Source: a virus
Virus record (IMG/VR): IMGVR_UViG_3300033146_002768
Span: 34,305-98,304 of that record
Direction: 5' to 3' (one strand)
Length of the DNA: 64,000 nt
Position numbers and translations under genes: made by a program. The notes below the pieces were generated by a model. That model saw nothing but the letters and a program-made list of their open reading frames with translations. It ran no database searches and was not told the DNA's origin. Position 1 is the stretch's first letter, and each line of letters opens with the position of its first letter. Positions 54,906-64,000 of the stretch are shown here, piece by piece.

Positions 54906-56888
54906 TTATTTAATAAAGAAATTTAAACTAATTTTTTCTGCAACTCTTGTAGGTTCAAGAGTAATATTTACATGGAAAGTTTTAGTTTTAATCTCATATG
55001 CTGTTGCACCAACATCGACACTAAAGTTATATAACCCTCTTCTTGCTTTAATATCATCTAAGAATGCAACAATTCCGCCAGATACTTGAGACCAAGTAAC
55101 AGCATCATTTTGTTCGAAGATAAAATATCTACAGTATTGTTCTAATGCACGTTTACAATAAAGAACAAGTCTTACAATATTTAAATCTTGAAGTGCACTT
55201 GGTTTAACCTGAGTTGTTAATTGACCCCAGTTTGTATATCCTGGATTAAATTTAACAATTGGGTTAAGTTGTTTGAGATACATTTGATCTCTTTGACCAA
55301 GTCTTGGATTATATCTTAACTCTTTAATAGTATCAATTGAAGCTCTATTGAAACCAGCAGCAGCAAACCAAACTTCAGCTACATTATCATTTCTAGGTAA
55401 TAGATATGACATATGAAATACTGGTGATACCCAAATATCTTGACCTGTAAATGAATCATATACTTTATTATATTCTTCATATAGTGCACAGAAATAATTA
55501 TTAAATACATGAACATCATTACGTTTAGTCATTGAAGCATTATATGTTGAATTATCTCCATTATCCAGAATAGCTACACAATCACGTCTTGTTTGGCATA
55601 ATGTTGAAATACTAGTTTTAACATCAGATGGATAACCACAATCAAATACTAATGTAAAATAGATGTTTTCTTGGTCAAGTAAATCATCGACCATACTTAA
55701 TCCATCAATTTTACTTGTTAATTGACCAAGATAACCTTGAGATAAAATCTGAGTAGCAATAGTAGTATTTAAACCACCACTAGAATCAATAAGACTTCCA
55801 TCGCTACCTTTCTTCAGTGGAACAGGATCAGCAGATGCAAATGCTGTTGCTACAGAAGTAAAAGCTTTTCTGATAGTATATGTAATTTCACCAGAAGTGT
55901 CAAATAATGCAGTATCTCCGATCCAATTTTGAGCACCGCCCATAATTCTATCGTTATAAATTTCAATTTCATCATCATCTGCTCCAACTGCACCTAACCA
56001 ACCTTGAAGTTTATTACCTCTTTGGTCAATAAGCTCTACACAATAAGTGTAAGGATAAGTTGAACCTGCCCAATCAGAAAAATCCTGTTTGGTATCAGTT
56101 AACATAGCAGAACCAGCAATAATAGAAGCTGATACAGTACCGATTTCTTTATCATATGTTTTGATTAATGTGTTAAAACCTTCTGACATAATTTCATCGC
56201 CATCAGTAGTCATCTCACATCGTAATACACTTGAGTAGTTATTTAAGATATACTGAATCCAAATTGAATCTCCAGTACTATCTTTAACATTAGGATCAAA
56301 TGAAATCTCAAATGATTCAATTATAACTTCTGAACCATCAGATTGTTTTTCATATACATCTAATACATAAATACCATCAAGGATTGGATTAGCATGTGCT
56401 ATTAATCTAATACTTAATGCATTATAATATTCTCCCCTGCCAATTGGGTATAGAACACATAGAGGGAATGTTGTTCCTGTTGGAGCTAATTGAGTTCTAA
56501 TTTCAGATACTGAATTAATGTTTGTTGAATTTATATATTCATATGAAACAGTTGCTGTTGAATCAACATCAGCTAAATCAACATTAATTTTAATATTTGA
56601 ATAAGAAGCATCGTCAGGCATACATCTTATGAAGAATAATGAACCTGATTCTCCAAGATAGTTATATGCACAATAAGGACCTTGACCATAACTTTTACCA
56701 TATTCAGTAATGTTTGGTTCTCCATATTCAGAAATAAATTCCGCTCTGCCCCCAATAAATTTTAATACGTTGTCTTCACCCTTTTTAGTAATACCACAAA
56801 TTAGTCCGATAGTACTTGGAACAGCAGCAACATAGCTGCTTAAATCTGTAATTGTAGTATATACACCTGGTGATATTGGACTTGCCAT
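54906..56888 (-). CDS. tail sheath protein
   Basis: N-terminus MASPISPGVYTTITDLSSYVAAVPSTIGLICGITKKGEDNVLKFIGGRAEFISEYG matches the conserved sheath N-terminus (SPGVY..E.DLS...ST.G.VG...KGP...I.S..EF...FG). Size 660 aa. Confidence 0.75.
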   Translation of the reverse strand: MASPISPGVYTTITDLSSYVAAVPSTIGLICGITKKGEDNVLKFIGGRAEFISEYGEPNITEYGKSYGQGPYCAYNYLGESGSLFFIRCMPDDASYSNIKINVDLADVDSTATVSYEYINSTNINSVSEIRTQLAPTGTTFPLCVLYPIGRGEYYNALSIRLIAHANPILDGIYVLDVYEKQSDGSEVIIESFEISFDPNVKDSTGDSIWIQYILNNYSSVLRCEMTTDGDEIMSEGFNTLIKTYDKEIGTVSASIIAGSAMLTDTKQDFSDWAGSTYPYTYCVELIDQRGNKLQGWLGAVGADDDEIEIYNDRIMGGAQNWIGDTALFDTSGEITYTIRKAFTSVATAFASADPVPLKKGSDGSLIDSSGGLNTTIATQILSQGYLGQLTSKIDGLSMVDDLLDQENIYFTLVFDCGYPSDVKTSISTLCQTRRDCVAILDNGDNSTYNASMTKRNDVHVFNNYFCALYEEYNKVYDSFTGQDIWVSPVFHMSYLLPRNDNVAEVWFAAAGFNRASIDTIKELRYNPRLGQRDQMYLKQLNPIVKFNPGYTNWGQLTTQVKPSALQDLNIVRLVLYCKRALEQYCRYFIFEQNDAVTWSQVSGGIVAFLDDIKARRGLYNFSVDVGATAYEIKTKTFHVNITLEPTRVAEKISLNFFIK

Positions 56889-57011
56889 AATGTTTCCTCC
56901 CTTAAACGGATTCTTGTTAAATGAAATAATCTTTACAATACTTTCTTCAGCTCTACAACTTTATGAAAATCCTTTGGAGGTATCTCTAATTAACCTGTAT
57001 AAATATTTTTA

Positions 57012-57689
57012 TTAGCAGTATAAGTACCAGTAAAATACTAATTGTCTTGAATTATCTTTAACAATTGTTGGGAATGTTACAATACTAAAAATATTAAATG
57101 GACCTGTATGTTCGCCTGCATCACTATTTGCTGTAAATAATGCTGCTTCATTTAAATTATATCCATTTACATCTTCAATTGAGATTGTTGTGGTAACTTT
57201 TAGTATTAGCCAATTATTGTTATTAGATGTATCTTGTTGAAATTCTACCATATCAAACGGATGTTTATAATATGCGCCTGCTCTATAGTCGGCGTAGTTA
57301 GTATCCGTTGCATTCATTGGGACTTCATTTGATAACCCTGTCATTGTATTAACCGGAACATTTGGATTTAATGGATCTCCTATTGGAGTACCACCATCAC
57401 CTAGTCCAAACCAAGATAAAAATTCATCTTCGTTTGCTACAATGTTTGGGTTTTCTACATTACAAAGTCTTGAAGCGATCCATTCACGACCAGCGAAAAG
57501 AACTAAGTTACTCTTACCAACTTTTTTCTTCTCACCAAACTCGTCAACAGAATAAATTTCAACATAACCCTGTGGTTTTCTTGATTTGCTACCTATACTA
57601 TTAACTGTATCTGTTATGCATTTGTCACCATAGTTTTCGTCTACACTTATAACTATAGTTTCTGGTTCTTTAATAATTTTATCTTCCAT
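57012..57689 (-). CDS. hypothetical virion protein
   Basis: 225-aa ORF upstream of the sheath gene in the same transcriptional direction. Confidence 0.45.
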   Translation of the reverse strand: MEDKIIKEPETIVISVDENYGDKCITDTVNSIGSKSRKPQGYVEIYSVDEFGEKKKVGKSNLVLFAGREWIASRLCNVENPNIVANEDEFLSWFGLGDGGTPIGDPLNPNVPVNTMTGLSNEVPMNATDTNYADYRAGAYYKHPFDMVEFQQDTSNNNNWLILKVTTTISIEDVNGYNLNEAALFTANSDAGEHTGPFNIFSIVTFPTIVKDNSRQLVFYWYLYC

Positions 57690-57773
57690 TACGTAACTCC
57701 TTTATGATCATTACGAATCTACTAGAACTTTTTATTTTGTTCTTATTTTTGGTTATGATTAGCAATAAGTTCT

Positions 57774-57784
57774 ATATATATTAA
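57774..57784. promoter_or_regulatory. ATATATATTAA motif copy (extended cTATATATATTAAtaaa) in the divergent intergenic region 57690-57828, about 44 nt upstream of the ATG at 57829
   Basis: Exact 11-mer. Confidence 0.4.
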
Positions 57785-57828
57785 TAAATAATATAAAACT
57801 TAATTGTAAAATTTAATAAGGAGAAACT

Positions 57829-60291
57829 ATGTCATTCTTAAGCGGATTCAATATAAGTAAACCAAAAGATAGTTTTATTGAAATGGAAAATATTGTAAAT
57901 TTTGATTTTGGTATTCATAAAATGAAACCAAACCAAAAACTCGTTTATAATTATATAAATGAGAGATTTTTTATTCTTTCAGAACCACCAGGTGCTGGAA
58001 AATCAACAAGTATTAAATTTGTTGTGAATGAACTTCTTAGAAAAAATCCAAAATTAAAAGTTATTATTGCTGTTCCTCAAACATTAATTTCTAAATCTTT
58101 TGGTAGTATTATGTTAGAATATCCAAATGGTGATAAAGTTGAGTGGGATATATCTAATAACTTATGTGATAAAATTGGAATTCTTGATAAAATTGGTGAG
58201 CTTAATAATTTTATTAATAAAGATGAATTTGGAAATAACCCTGCTGATAGAATAACAATGGTTACTCATATCACATTATCAAAATTAAATACTGAAGGAG
58301 AAAATTTTAATGATGTAATGTTTATTATTGATGAGGGTCATCATGTTCTTTATCCAGAAAATGGCGGAACAGAATCAGCAAATAAAATTGGTGCATTAGT
58401 TCATTATATGATGAATCAGAAAAAATCAAATGTTAAAATTTGGTTTGCAACAGCAACATTTTATCGTGGTGATAAAAGTAATATTATACCTCCAGAAGAA
58501 ATGGAGAAATTCACTACTTATCATTTACCTTTAGATGAATATTGGAGAAAGTATATAAAACATATTCAGTCTTTTTCTTATGATTTTGTAATGTATAAAA
58601 ACAGAGATGTTTTTAGTGAAATTAAAGAAATCTTTAAACAAAAAGGTAAAAGAAAAACAATCATCTTTTGTCCATACATTGGTTATTTAGTCAATGATAT
58701 AAATAAACTTCAATTTCGTGATAAAGTTATTGAAGCAATTAAAGAAGTATGGGAAGATTGTAAGTTTTTGGATTTGATTGAAATTGAGGATCGTTATGAT
58801 AAGAAGCAAATTGTTATTAATGATTCAGAAGATTTCGATGTTGTTCTTTCAGTTAAATTATTTGATGAAGGAACTGACTGGATTCAAGCAGAAAGCATCA
58901 TTGATCTTTGTCCTTCAAACTCTTTAAGAATTCAAGTTCAAAGATTTGGTCGTTTGCTTCGTGATATAGTTGGTAAGACTCACATTGATTATAATGTGTT
59001 TCTACCATATGAATCAAAATTTAAAGATGATGAAGAAAGAAGACTTCATATGAGTAGAAGTTTTAATGCTTTTACAGCAAGTTGTCTTTTGCATGAAGCA
59101 ATTGAACCTGTTATGAAACCTGTTGTTAAGAATAATGTTAAATCTAAAATAAATCTTGGAATTAATGATTCTAAAAAACAAGAATTAATTGGAAAAGTCA
59201 TAAAAGATTTAATGTTTCTAAAAAATATAGTTAATATTCCTTCTCTTTCAGAATCTAAAGAATGTATTATTAATTCTATAAAAGAGTTTGGAATTAAAAA
59301 CAACATTGAGGAAGGTGTTGAATTTGTTGTAAAAACTTTAAGAAGATCATCTATTCCTAAAACAACTGAATGGGAATCTCAAACAATTGATATTTCTTGG
59401 ATGATTGAAAAAGGATTTGATAAAATATGGGATAATAGTTTATATGATTCTATATTAAGTTTTTCAACTGGAGTTTGTGGAGTTGGTACTTTTAATGAAT
59501 TTAGAAGTGTATATGATGGTAGAAAAACTAAATTAGAATGGCAAAAATTCGCTGAAGAAATATTTACTAAAACAGGAGAATTTAAACCATATAGTAAATA
59601 TATGATAAAAAAATATCCTGGATTTTCTGTATGTGTTACACGTTTTCCAGAATATTTTGAACATTTAATTCCAATGAAACCAGATGAAAAGTGGAGAACA
59701 TTTGTTGATAAATTAGCAGATGATAATAGTGGTATTTTACCAAGTTGTGGATATATCAAAAGAAAACATCCTACATTATCTACTTATATGTATGCTCATC
59801 CAGATGTATTTAAGGGTGTTTGGCAGTATTATGGTACAGGAGTTTATAGAGTGATAAAAGTACTAGGTACAAATATAGAGCATGATGCTCCACAATTAGA
59901 AAAACATTTTACAATAATCAATAATCTTTTAAAAGAAAATAATATATTACCAAATAACCAAGCTTTAAATAAAATAGATTATGGTTTATCGGATATGTTA
60001 TTAGATCATCCAGAATTTTTTCATGGGATAAAACAATTTTATGGCAGAGGATATGATATAGTAATACAAACAATAAATACAAATAAAAAAGAAAAAGGAT
60101 ATAAATATCACCCGAATTTTATTAAAGTAAAAAAATTGGCTGAAGAGAATAATGGAATAATTCCAAGTCATAAATATTTAAAAAGTATTGGAGAAGAAAA
60201 TTTAGGAAAAGAAATTTGGAGAAGATCAGATATTTTCTCTGGTATGAAAATGCATAAATATAGTAAAATAGTAACTATAGGGAAAAAATAA
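57829..60291 (+). CDS. SF2 helicase (DEGH box) with four C-terminal 65-70-aa repeats
   Basis: Walker A EPPGAGKSTS. Motif II IIDEGHHV. C-terminal repeats with the pattern W..F..L....G.LPS..Y......HP..F.G...YG. Confidence 0.6.
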   Translation: MSFLSGFNISKPKDSFIEMENIVNFDFGIHKMKPNQKLVYNYINERFFILSEPPGAGKSTSIKFVVNELLRKNPKLKVIIAVPQTLISKSFGSIMLEYPNGDKVEWDISNNLCDKIGILDKIGELNNFINKDEFGNNPADRITMVTHITLSKLNTEGENFNDVMFIIDEGHHVLYPENGGTESANKIGALVHYMMNQKKSNVKIWFATATFYRGDKSNIIPPEEMEKFTTYHLPLDEYWRKYIKHIQSFSYDFVMYKNRDVFSEIKEIFKQKGKRKTIIFCPYIGYLVNDINKLQFRDKVIEAIKEVWEDCKFLDLIEIEDRYDKKQIVINDSEDFDVVLSVKLFDEGTDWIQAESIIDLCPSNSLRIQVQRFGRLLRDIVGKTHIDYNVFLPYESKFKDDEERRLHMSRSFNAFTASCLLHEAIEPVMKPVVKNNVKSKINLGINDSKKQELIGKVIKDLMFLKNIVNIPSLSESKECIINSIKEFGIKNNIEEGVEFVVKTLRRSSIPKTTEWESQTIDISWMIEKGFDKIWDNSLYDSILSFSTGVCGVGTFNEFRSVYDGRKTKLEWQKFAEEIFTKTGEFKPYSKYMIKKYPGFSVCVTRFPEYFEHLIPMKPDEKWRTFVDKLADDNSGILPSCGYIKRKHPTLSTYMYAHPDVFKGVWQYYGTGVYRVIKVLGTNIEHDAPQLEKHFTIINNLLKENNILPNNQALNKIDYGLSDMLLDHPEFFHGIKQFYGRGYDIVIQTINTNKKEKGYKYHPNFIKVKKLAEENNGIIPSHKYLKSIGEENLGKEIWRRSDIFSGMKMHKYSKIVTIGKK

Positions 60292-61034
60292 TGCCACATT
60301 ATAAAGATCCTAATTACGTTGCTGCAAGTCCTTGGGAATCTAAACCAAAACAAATTGCAAGAGAGTTAACAATTGTTGATTCTTATAAAAAGGTTTTTGG
60401 TAAGAAGATTCCTAAGGATAAGCAATATTGGACAATGTGTGGAGCTCATTTCGATAAAAATGTGCTTCCTCTTTTAGGTGAATTTGGTCAGATAGTAAAC
60501 AAAAAACTTATTGAACCATCTCAGTTTTATGGAGTGGATCAAGAAGAAAGTATCATCAATAAGAATAGAAAATTATTTCCAGATACTAAATGGATACATG
60601 GGGATTTTGTAGGTACTATGTTATCTCATTCATTATCTGAAAATTTTAATCCTGCTATTATAAATTATGATGGGGTTTTACAACCTGTATATGGAAGTCG
60701 GTACCTTAAGAAAATTATGAAACTTCTAGATTGGAATTTTGATGGAGAGGTTTTATTAGTAGCGAATTTTGTATTGAAAAATCCATATAGAAATGATGAT
60801 AAACTTTCATTTTCAATTGATGATACTATTAAGGAATTAGCTAAGATTTATTTCTTTCCTGATCATTGGTCAATAATACCTGAAGCATATGTTTATAGTG
60901 GACACAGTACTAAATCTAACTCTCAAATGGGAGTTATAATGTTCATTAAAAAGAAACATGATATTAACAACATTAAAATAACTCCAAATAGAATAATTGG
61001 AAAAGGAGATAAATATGGCTGGAGTCATATATGA
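60291..61034 (+). CDS. hypothetical protein
   Basis: 247-aa ORF, translationally coupled to the helicase gene (ATGA-type overlap). Confidence 0.5.
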   Translation: MPHYKDPNYVAASPWESKPKQIARELTIVDSYKKVFGKKIPKDKQYWTMCGAHFDKNVLPLLGEFGQIVNKKLIEPSQFYGVDQEESIINKNRKLFPDTKWIHGDFVGTMLSHSLSENFNPAIINYDGVLQPVYGSRYLKKIMKLLDWNFDGEVLLVANFVLKNPYRNDDKLSFSIDDTIKELAKIYFFPDHWSIIPEAYVYSGHSTKSNSQMGVIMFIKKKHDINNIKITPNRIIGKGDKYGWSHI

Positions 61035-61761
61035 ACCAAAAGGAACAGCTAAAGAGTATGGAGAGTTAGCATTAAATCTTTATACTGGTTGTTCTCATGG
61101 GTGTGTATATTGTTATGCACCAAGTGTTATATGTATGAAGCGTGATAAATTTCATAGTGAAGTAAAACCAAAGAAAGATATAATTGAAAGACTTAAAAAG
61201 AATCTCAAAAGTCTTGATAAAAAAGGTGTTGATAGGAAACCCGTATTTATGTCTTTTACTTGTGATCCTTATCAACCAATTGAAGAAGAATTAAAATTAA
61301 CTCGTCAAGCCATAAAACTTTTAAATGAATATGGATTTCCAGTAAATATTTTGACTAAAGGAAATGAGTTAGCTCAAAGAGATTTTGATCTTCTTTGTTT
61401 AAATGATGAAAACAGATTTGGTGTAACATTTACTGTATGGAATGAACCTCAATGTAAAACATGGGAACCAAATGCTTCAAGACCTGTTGAAAGAATTATA
61501 AACTTAGGTGAAGCAAAAGCTAAGGGTATAAAAACATGGGTTAGTCTTGAACCAATAATTGATGTAATACAAGCTTTGAATATAATTAAAGCTACATCAC
61601 CATATTCAGATTTTTATGGAATTGGTAAATTAAATTATCATAAACATTCTTCAACAATAGATTGGGCTGACGCTTTAATTAGAATTGAAGAACAACTTGA
61701 TAAATATAAAAAAGATAGACTTATCCATAAATCATTGTTGGATTATAAAGAAGCAGCATAA
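61015..61761 (+). CDS. Radical SAM enzyme, SplB/COG1533-like (DNA-repair-photolyase family)
   Basis: LNLYTGCSHGCVYCYA. ATG at 61015 with AAGGAG 6 nt upstream. The ORF track begins at TTG 60997. Confidence 0.6.
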   Translation: MAGVIYEPKGTAKEYGELALNLYTGCSHGCVYCYAPSVICMKRDKFHSEVKPKKDIIERLKKNLKSLDKKGVDRKPVFMSFTCDPYQPIEEELKLTRQAIKLLNEYGFPVNILTKGNELAQRDFDLLCLNDENRFGVTFTVWNEPQCKTWEPNASRPVERIINLGEAKAKGIKTWVSLEPIIDVIQALNIIKATSPYSDFYGIGKLNYHKHSSTIDWADALIRIEEQLDKYKKDRLIHKSLLDYKEAA

Positions 61762-61769
61762 CGGAAAAA

Positions 61770-61820
61770 TGTGGGGACTCAGCAATTAAGTTGAGCCCCC
61801 ACAGTCCATCTATTTTTTTT
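61770..61820. terminator. Bidirectional terminator between convergent genes: 12-bp stem with one mismatch (TGTGGGGACTCAG / TTGAGCCCCCACA), T8 on the + strand and TTTTT on the - strand
   Basis: Read from the sequence. Confidence 0.6.
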
Positions 61821-61829
61821 GTTTATTTT

Positions 61830-62660
61830 TTATCTAACTGTAACTTGTATATTAGTACCACACTCTGGGCAATATTTAACACCATGTCTTGATTTAGTTC
61901 CACAAGTAGGACATTCAAATTTGGTTGATACAAATAGAGGCATTTTTACAGGTTTATCTATTTTATCAGTACCTTTTAGTCTAATAATAATTACATCATT
62001 ATCTTCAATGGTACCAACATGAGTTGAATTAAAATCTTGTTTCAATTCAGATCCAGGAACTGTTATACCTTCTTCAGCTTGAGGAACTTCACATTGACCA
62101 AGACTATCCATAGTTACATTACTTGAAATGTTAGCACATACTACTGGATCAGATGGTCCTGTAATTCTTCTTGATGAACCCACTTCACCACCTTTACAAG
62201 TAGGACCTTCATTAAAATCACCATACTTTATATCACTTTGATGAAAGAAAGATCTATATAATGTTGGGTAAGTATAAGTTGATGTCCATGTTGTAGTAGA
62301 TTCTAATTGTCTTTCAAACCCAAACTTAATACGGATGAATCCATCATCAATTTTATCACCACGATGATCTTGTATTTTTTTTGTTTTTTGAATAAATTTG
62401 AAAGCATTCTTGACTGCATTATCTACCATGACACCTTTTAACTCAGTATCTTTATTAGCATCAATTACAAGTCTTCTACCATTTAATACATCAGATCCAT
62501 CAATAGAAACTTCTACAACCGCTCTTCTATCATCAAGATTTTTTAATAGGATTGAATACTCTGCTCCAAAAGGAAGGATGACATCATTCTCTTTAGTTAC
62601 TTCTCTAAGAATTTTACCATTACATTTGATTACTGCTACGAACTTATTGCTATATACCAT
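61830..62660 (-). CDS. hypothetical protein with a C-terminal zinc ribbon
   Basis: ...CPTCGTKSRHGVKYCPECGTNIQ. Confidence 0.5.
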   Translation of the reverse strand: MVYSNKFVAVIKCNGKILREVTKENDVILPFGAEYSILLKNLDDRRAVVEVSIDGSDVLNGRRLVIDANKDTELKGVMVDNAVKNAFKFIQKTKKIQDHRGDKIDDGFIRIKFGFERQLESTTTWTSTYTYPTLYRSFFHQSDIKYGDFNEGPTCKGGEVGSSRRITGPSDPVVCANISSNVTMDSLGQCEVPQAEEGITVPGSELKQDFNSTHVGTIEDNDVIIIRLKGTDKIDKPVKMPLFVSTKFECPTCGTKSRHGVKYCPECGTNIQVTVR

Positions 62661-62737
62661 AATTTCTCCTAAGCATACAGACTAGATGCTTTAAGTTTAA
62701 AGTCTGTGGAATAAGATGGACTATTTATAATATGTTC

Positions 62738-63814
62738 TTATACAACAGTTAAATTACCATCAATTGCAGTTACTGACTCAGAGTTAGATGTTAAGACCTT
62801 AGCATTAATTATCAACTCACTATCAAATGTAGTGGTTGAATTAGATGCAGTACTTAATATTTCAATAATTCCTATTGTTAACTCACCATCAATTATAGTT
62901 ACAGATTCAGAACTAGCAATAATTGCATAATTCACTCCTGTTACAATATAACTATCAATAATGTTACTTGAAATATTAACAGAACCTTCAATAGAAGCAT
63001 TTACTAAATCAATAACAACAATATTACATTCAACAACACAAGTACTAGTAAGACTTGATTCAAGACCGATCATTAATTCAGCATCAGTAACAGTATTAGC
63101 AGCATTAACACTTGATAATAATTCTTTAGCTATACCAAACACTAATCCAATAGTTGATGCATTAGTACCACAATTTGCAGTACCAAGAATCATGATATAG
63201 AAAGCACCAACAACATTACTATTAACTACACAAGTTGATGTTAATCCTTCACTATATCCAACAGTAAGATCTGTTATAATATTTGATATAGAGTTTGAAG
63301 TACTAGTCATATTTTCATTAATACCAAGAATAACTATATTTTCAATTGAACTTTCAACAACACAACTACTTGTTAATTGTTCTATTTTAAATCCAATCCA
63401 TAATTCTTGAAGAGTATATACATTAGTAGTACATGAAGATCTACCCCACATTCCTTCAACTCTTCCTATAGTAAGATCACTATCAACTGAAGAAACAACA
63501 TTAGTCATAGCTAATAAGATTGTTACATCAATATTACCTTGAATATCAGAAACAACATTTATTGTTGAACTTAATGCTTCTTCATCACCTGATGTTAAAT
63601 CAGATATAATATTAACAATTGAAGCACTTGTTGATTCAAGAATAGTATCTGAACCTAATTCCATATTTAAATTAACAATTGAAGTGAATGAGATTGAACT
63701 AGTTAATTCTTCAATAACACCAAATTCCATATCAAGATTCATTCTTACATATGATCCGCAGAATGGTCGAGCAGACATAAATTCAACTCTACCTACAATT
63801 AAATCAGTAGTCAT
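62738..63814 (-). CDS. tail-fibre-like repetitive protein. Further fibre coding sequence probably continues to the window end.
   Basis: Ser/Thr/Asn/Ile-rich internally repetitive sequence (repeated ...DLT.G..E.L.ST.NV.S...). Degenerate DNA repeats. Confidence 0.4.
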   Translation of the reverse strand: MTTDLIVGRVEFMSARPFCGSYVRMNLDMEFGVIEELTSSISFTSIVNLNMELGSDTILESTSASIVNIISDLTSGDEEALSSTINVVSDIQGNIDVTILLAMTNVVSSVDSDLTIGRVEGMWGRSSCTTNVYTLQELWIGFKIEQLTSSCVVESSIENIVILGINENMTSTSNSISNIITDLTVGYSEGLTSTCVVNSNVVGAFYIMILGTANCGTNASTIGLVFGIAKELLSSVNAANTVTDAELMIGLESSLTSTCVVECNIVVIDLVNASIEGSVNISSNIIDSYIVTGVNYAIIASSESVTIIDGELTIGIIEILSTASNSTTTFDSELIINAKVLTSNSESVTAIDGNLTVV

Positions 63815-64000
63815 TACATTAGAAACGACTGGTGTATTACTAAATATTCTTTTTGTTGTTGTAGCATCAGATCTTGAATTAGAAGAACCAGATAGAGAAG
63901 TAAATATTCCAAGGTTTAAGTATGCTAATGAATCATAATTAGATCCTGTATCATAATTATATTGAACTCCACCATAAGTTGTTTCAATATCAATAGTACC

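Noticed and set aside
54778-55089. Many short ORFs antisense to or inside long genes, for example 54778-55089(+), 57362-57604(+), 59046-59759(-), 48003-48269(+), 49093-50502(+), 53681-53983(-), 61072-61275(-), 61819-63938(+), 31740-32389(-), 33026-33455(-), 38906-39834(-)
   Set aside because: They overlap well-supported CDSs on the opposite strand or in another frame. They lack RBSs and have low-complexity, AT-codon-driven translations.

Overview
This window is an AT-rich (about 30% GC), densely packed, largely co-linear stretch of a large virulent dsDNA phage, probably a myovirus-like phage that carries its own multisubunit RNA polymerase. From 1 to 44102 almost every gene is on the + strand. 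From 44099 to 53268 the genes are on the - strand, and after that the strand alternates.

Modules, from left to right:
1. Two freestanding homing endonucleases (NUMOD3 type and GIY-YIG) flanking a radical SAM/SPASM gene.
2. A compact operon with a JAB/MPN+ metallopeptidase, two ThiF/MoeB-type E1-like enzymes, a tandemly duplicated HeH(Rho_N-like)-ThiS/MoaD-like ubiquitin-like (Ubl) polyprotein, and a possible E2-like HPN-motif protein. This is a phage-encoded Ubl conjugation or sulfur-carrier system.
3. Directly downstream, compact unsplit RNAP beta' (NADFDGD) and beta subunit genes, in beta' then beta order.
4. A P-loop kinase, a GTP cyclohydrolase FolE2, an RtcB RNA ligase, and several small paralogous Zn-finger genes, one of them frameshifted at an A8 run.
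5. A second radical SAM/SPASM gene, immediately followed by a 65-aa Cys-rich peptide and a six-member family of acidic proteins that share the invariant N-terminus MK.K.DF[IV]TNSSS.SF. A methyltransferase-like gene and a GC-rich structured intergenic element sit inside this region.
6. An SPFH/band-7 membrane protein.
7. The terminase large subunit, an HExxH protein, and a 1442-aa tape-measure-like protein.
8. A baseplate module on the - strand (gp25/GPW-like and J/gp6-like), a tail sheath gene, an SF2 DEGH helicase with C-terminal repeats, a third radical SAM gene (SplB/COG1533-like), and a repetitive tail-fibre-like gene at the window end.

A recurrent 11-mer, ATATATATTAA, marks divergent intergenic regions and is a candidate promoter element. 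No rRNA, tRNA or CRISPR array was found.
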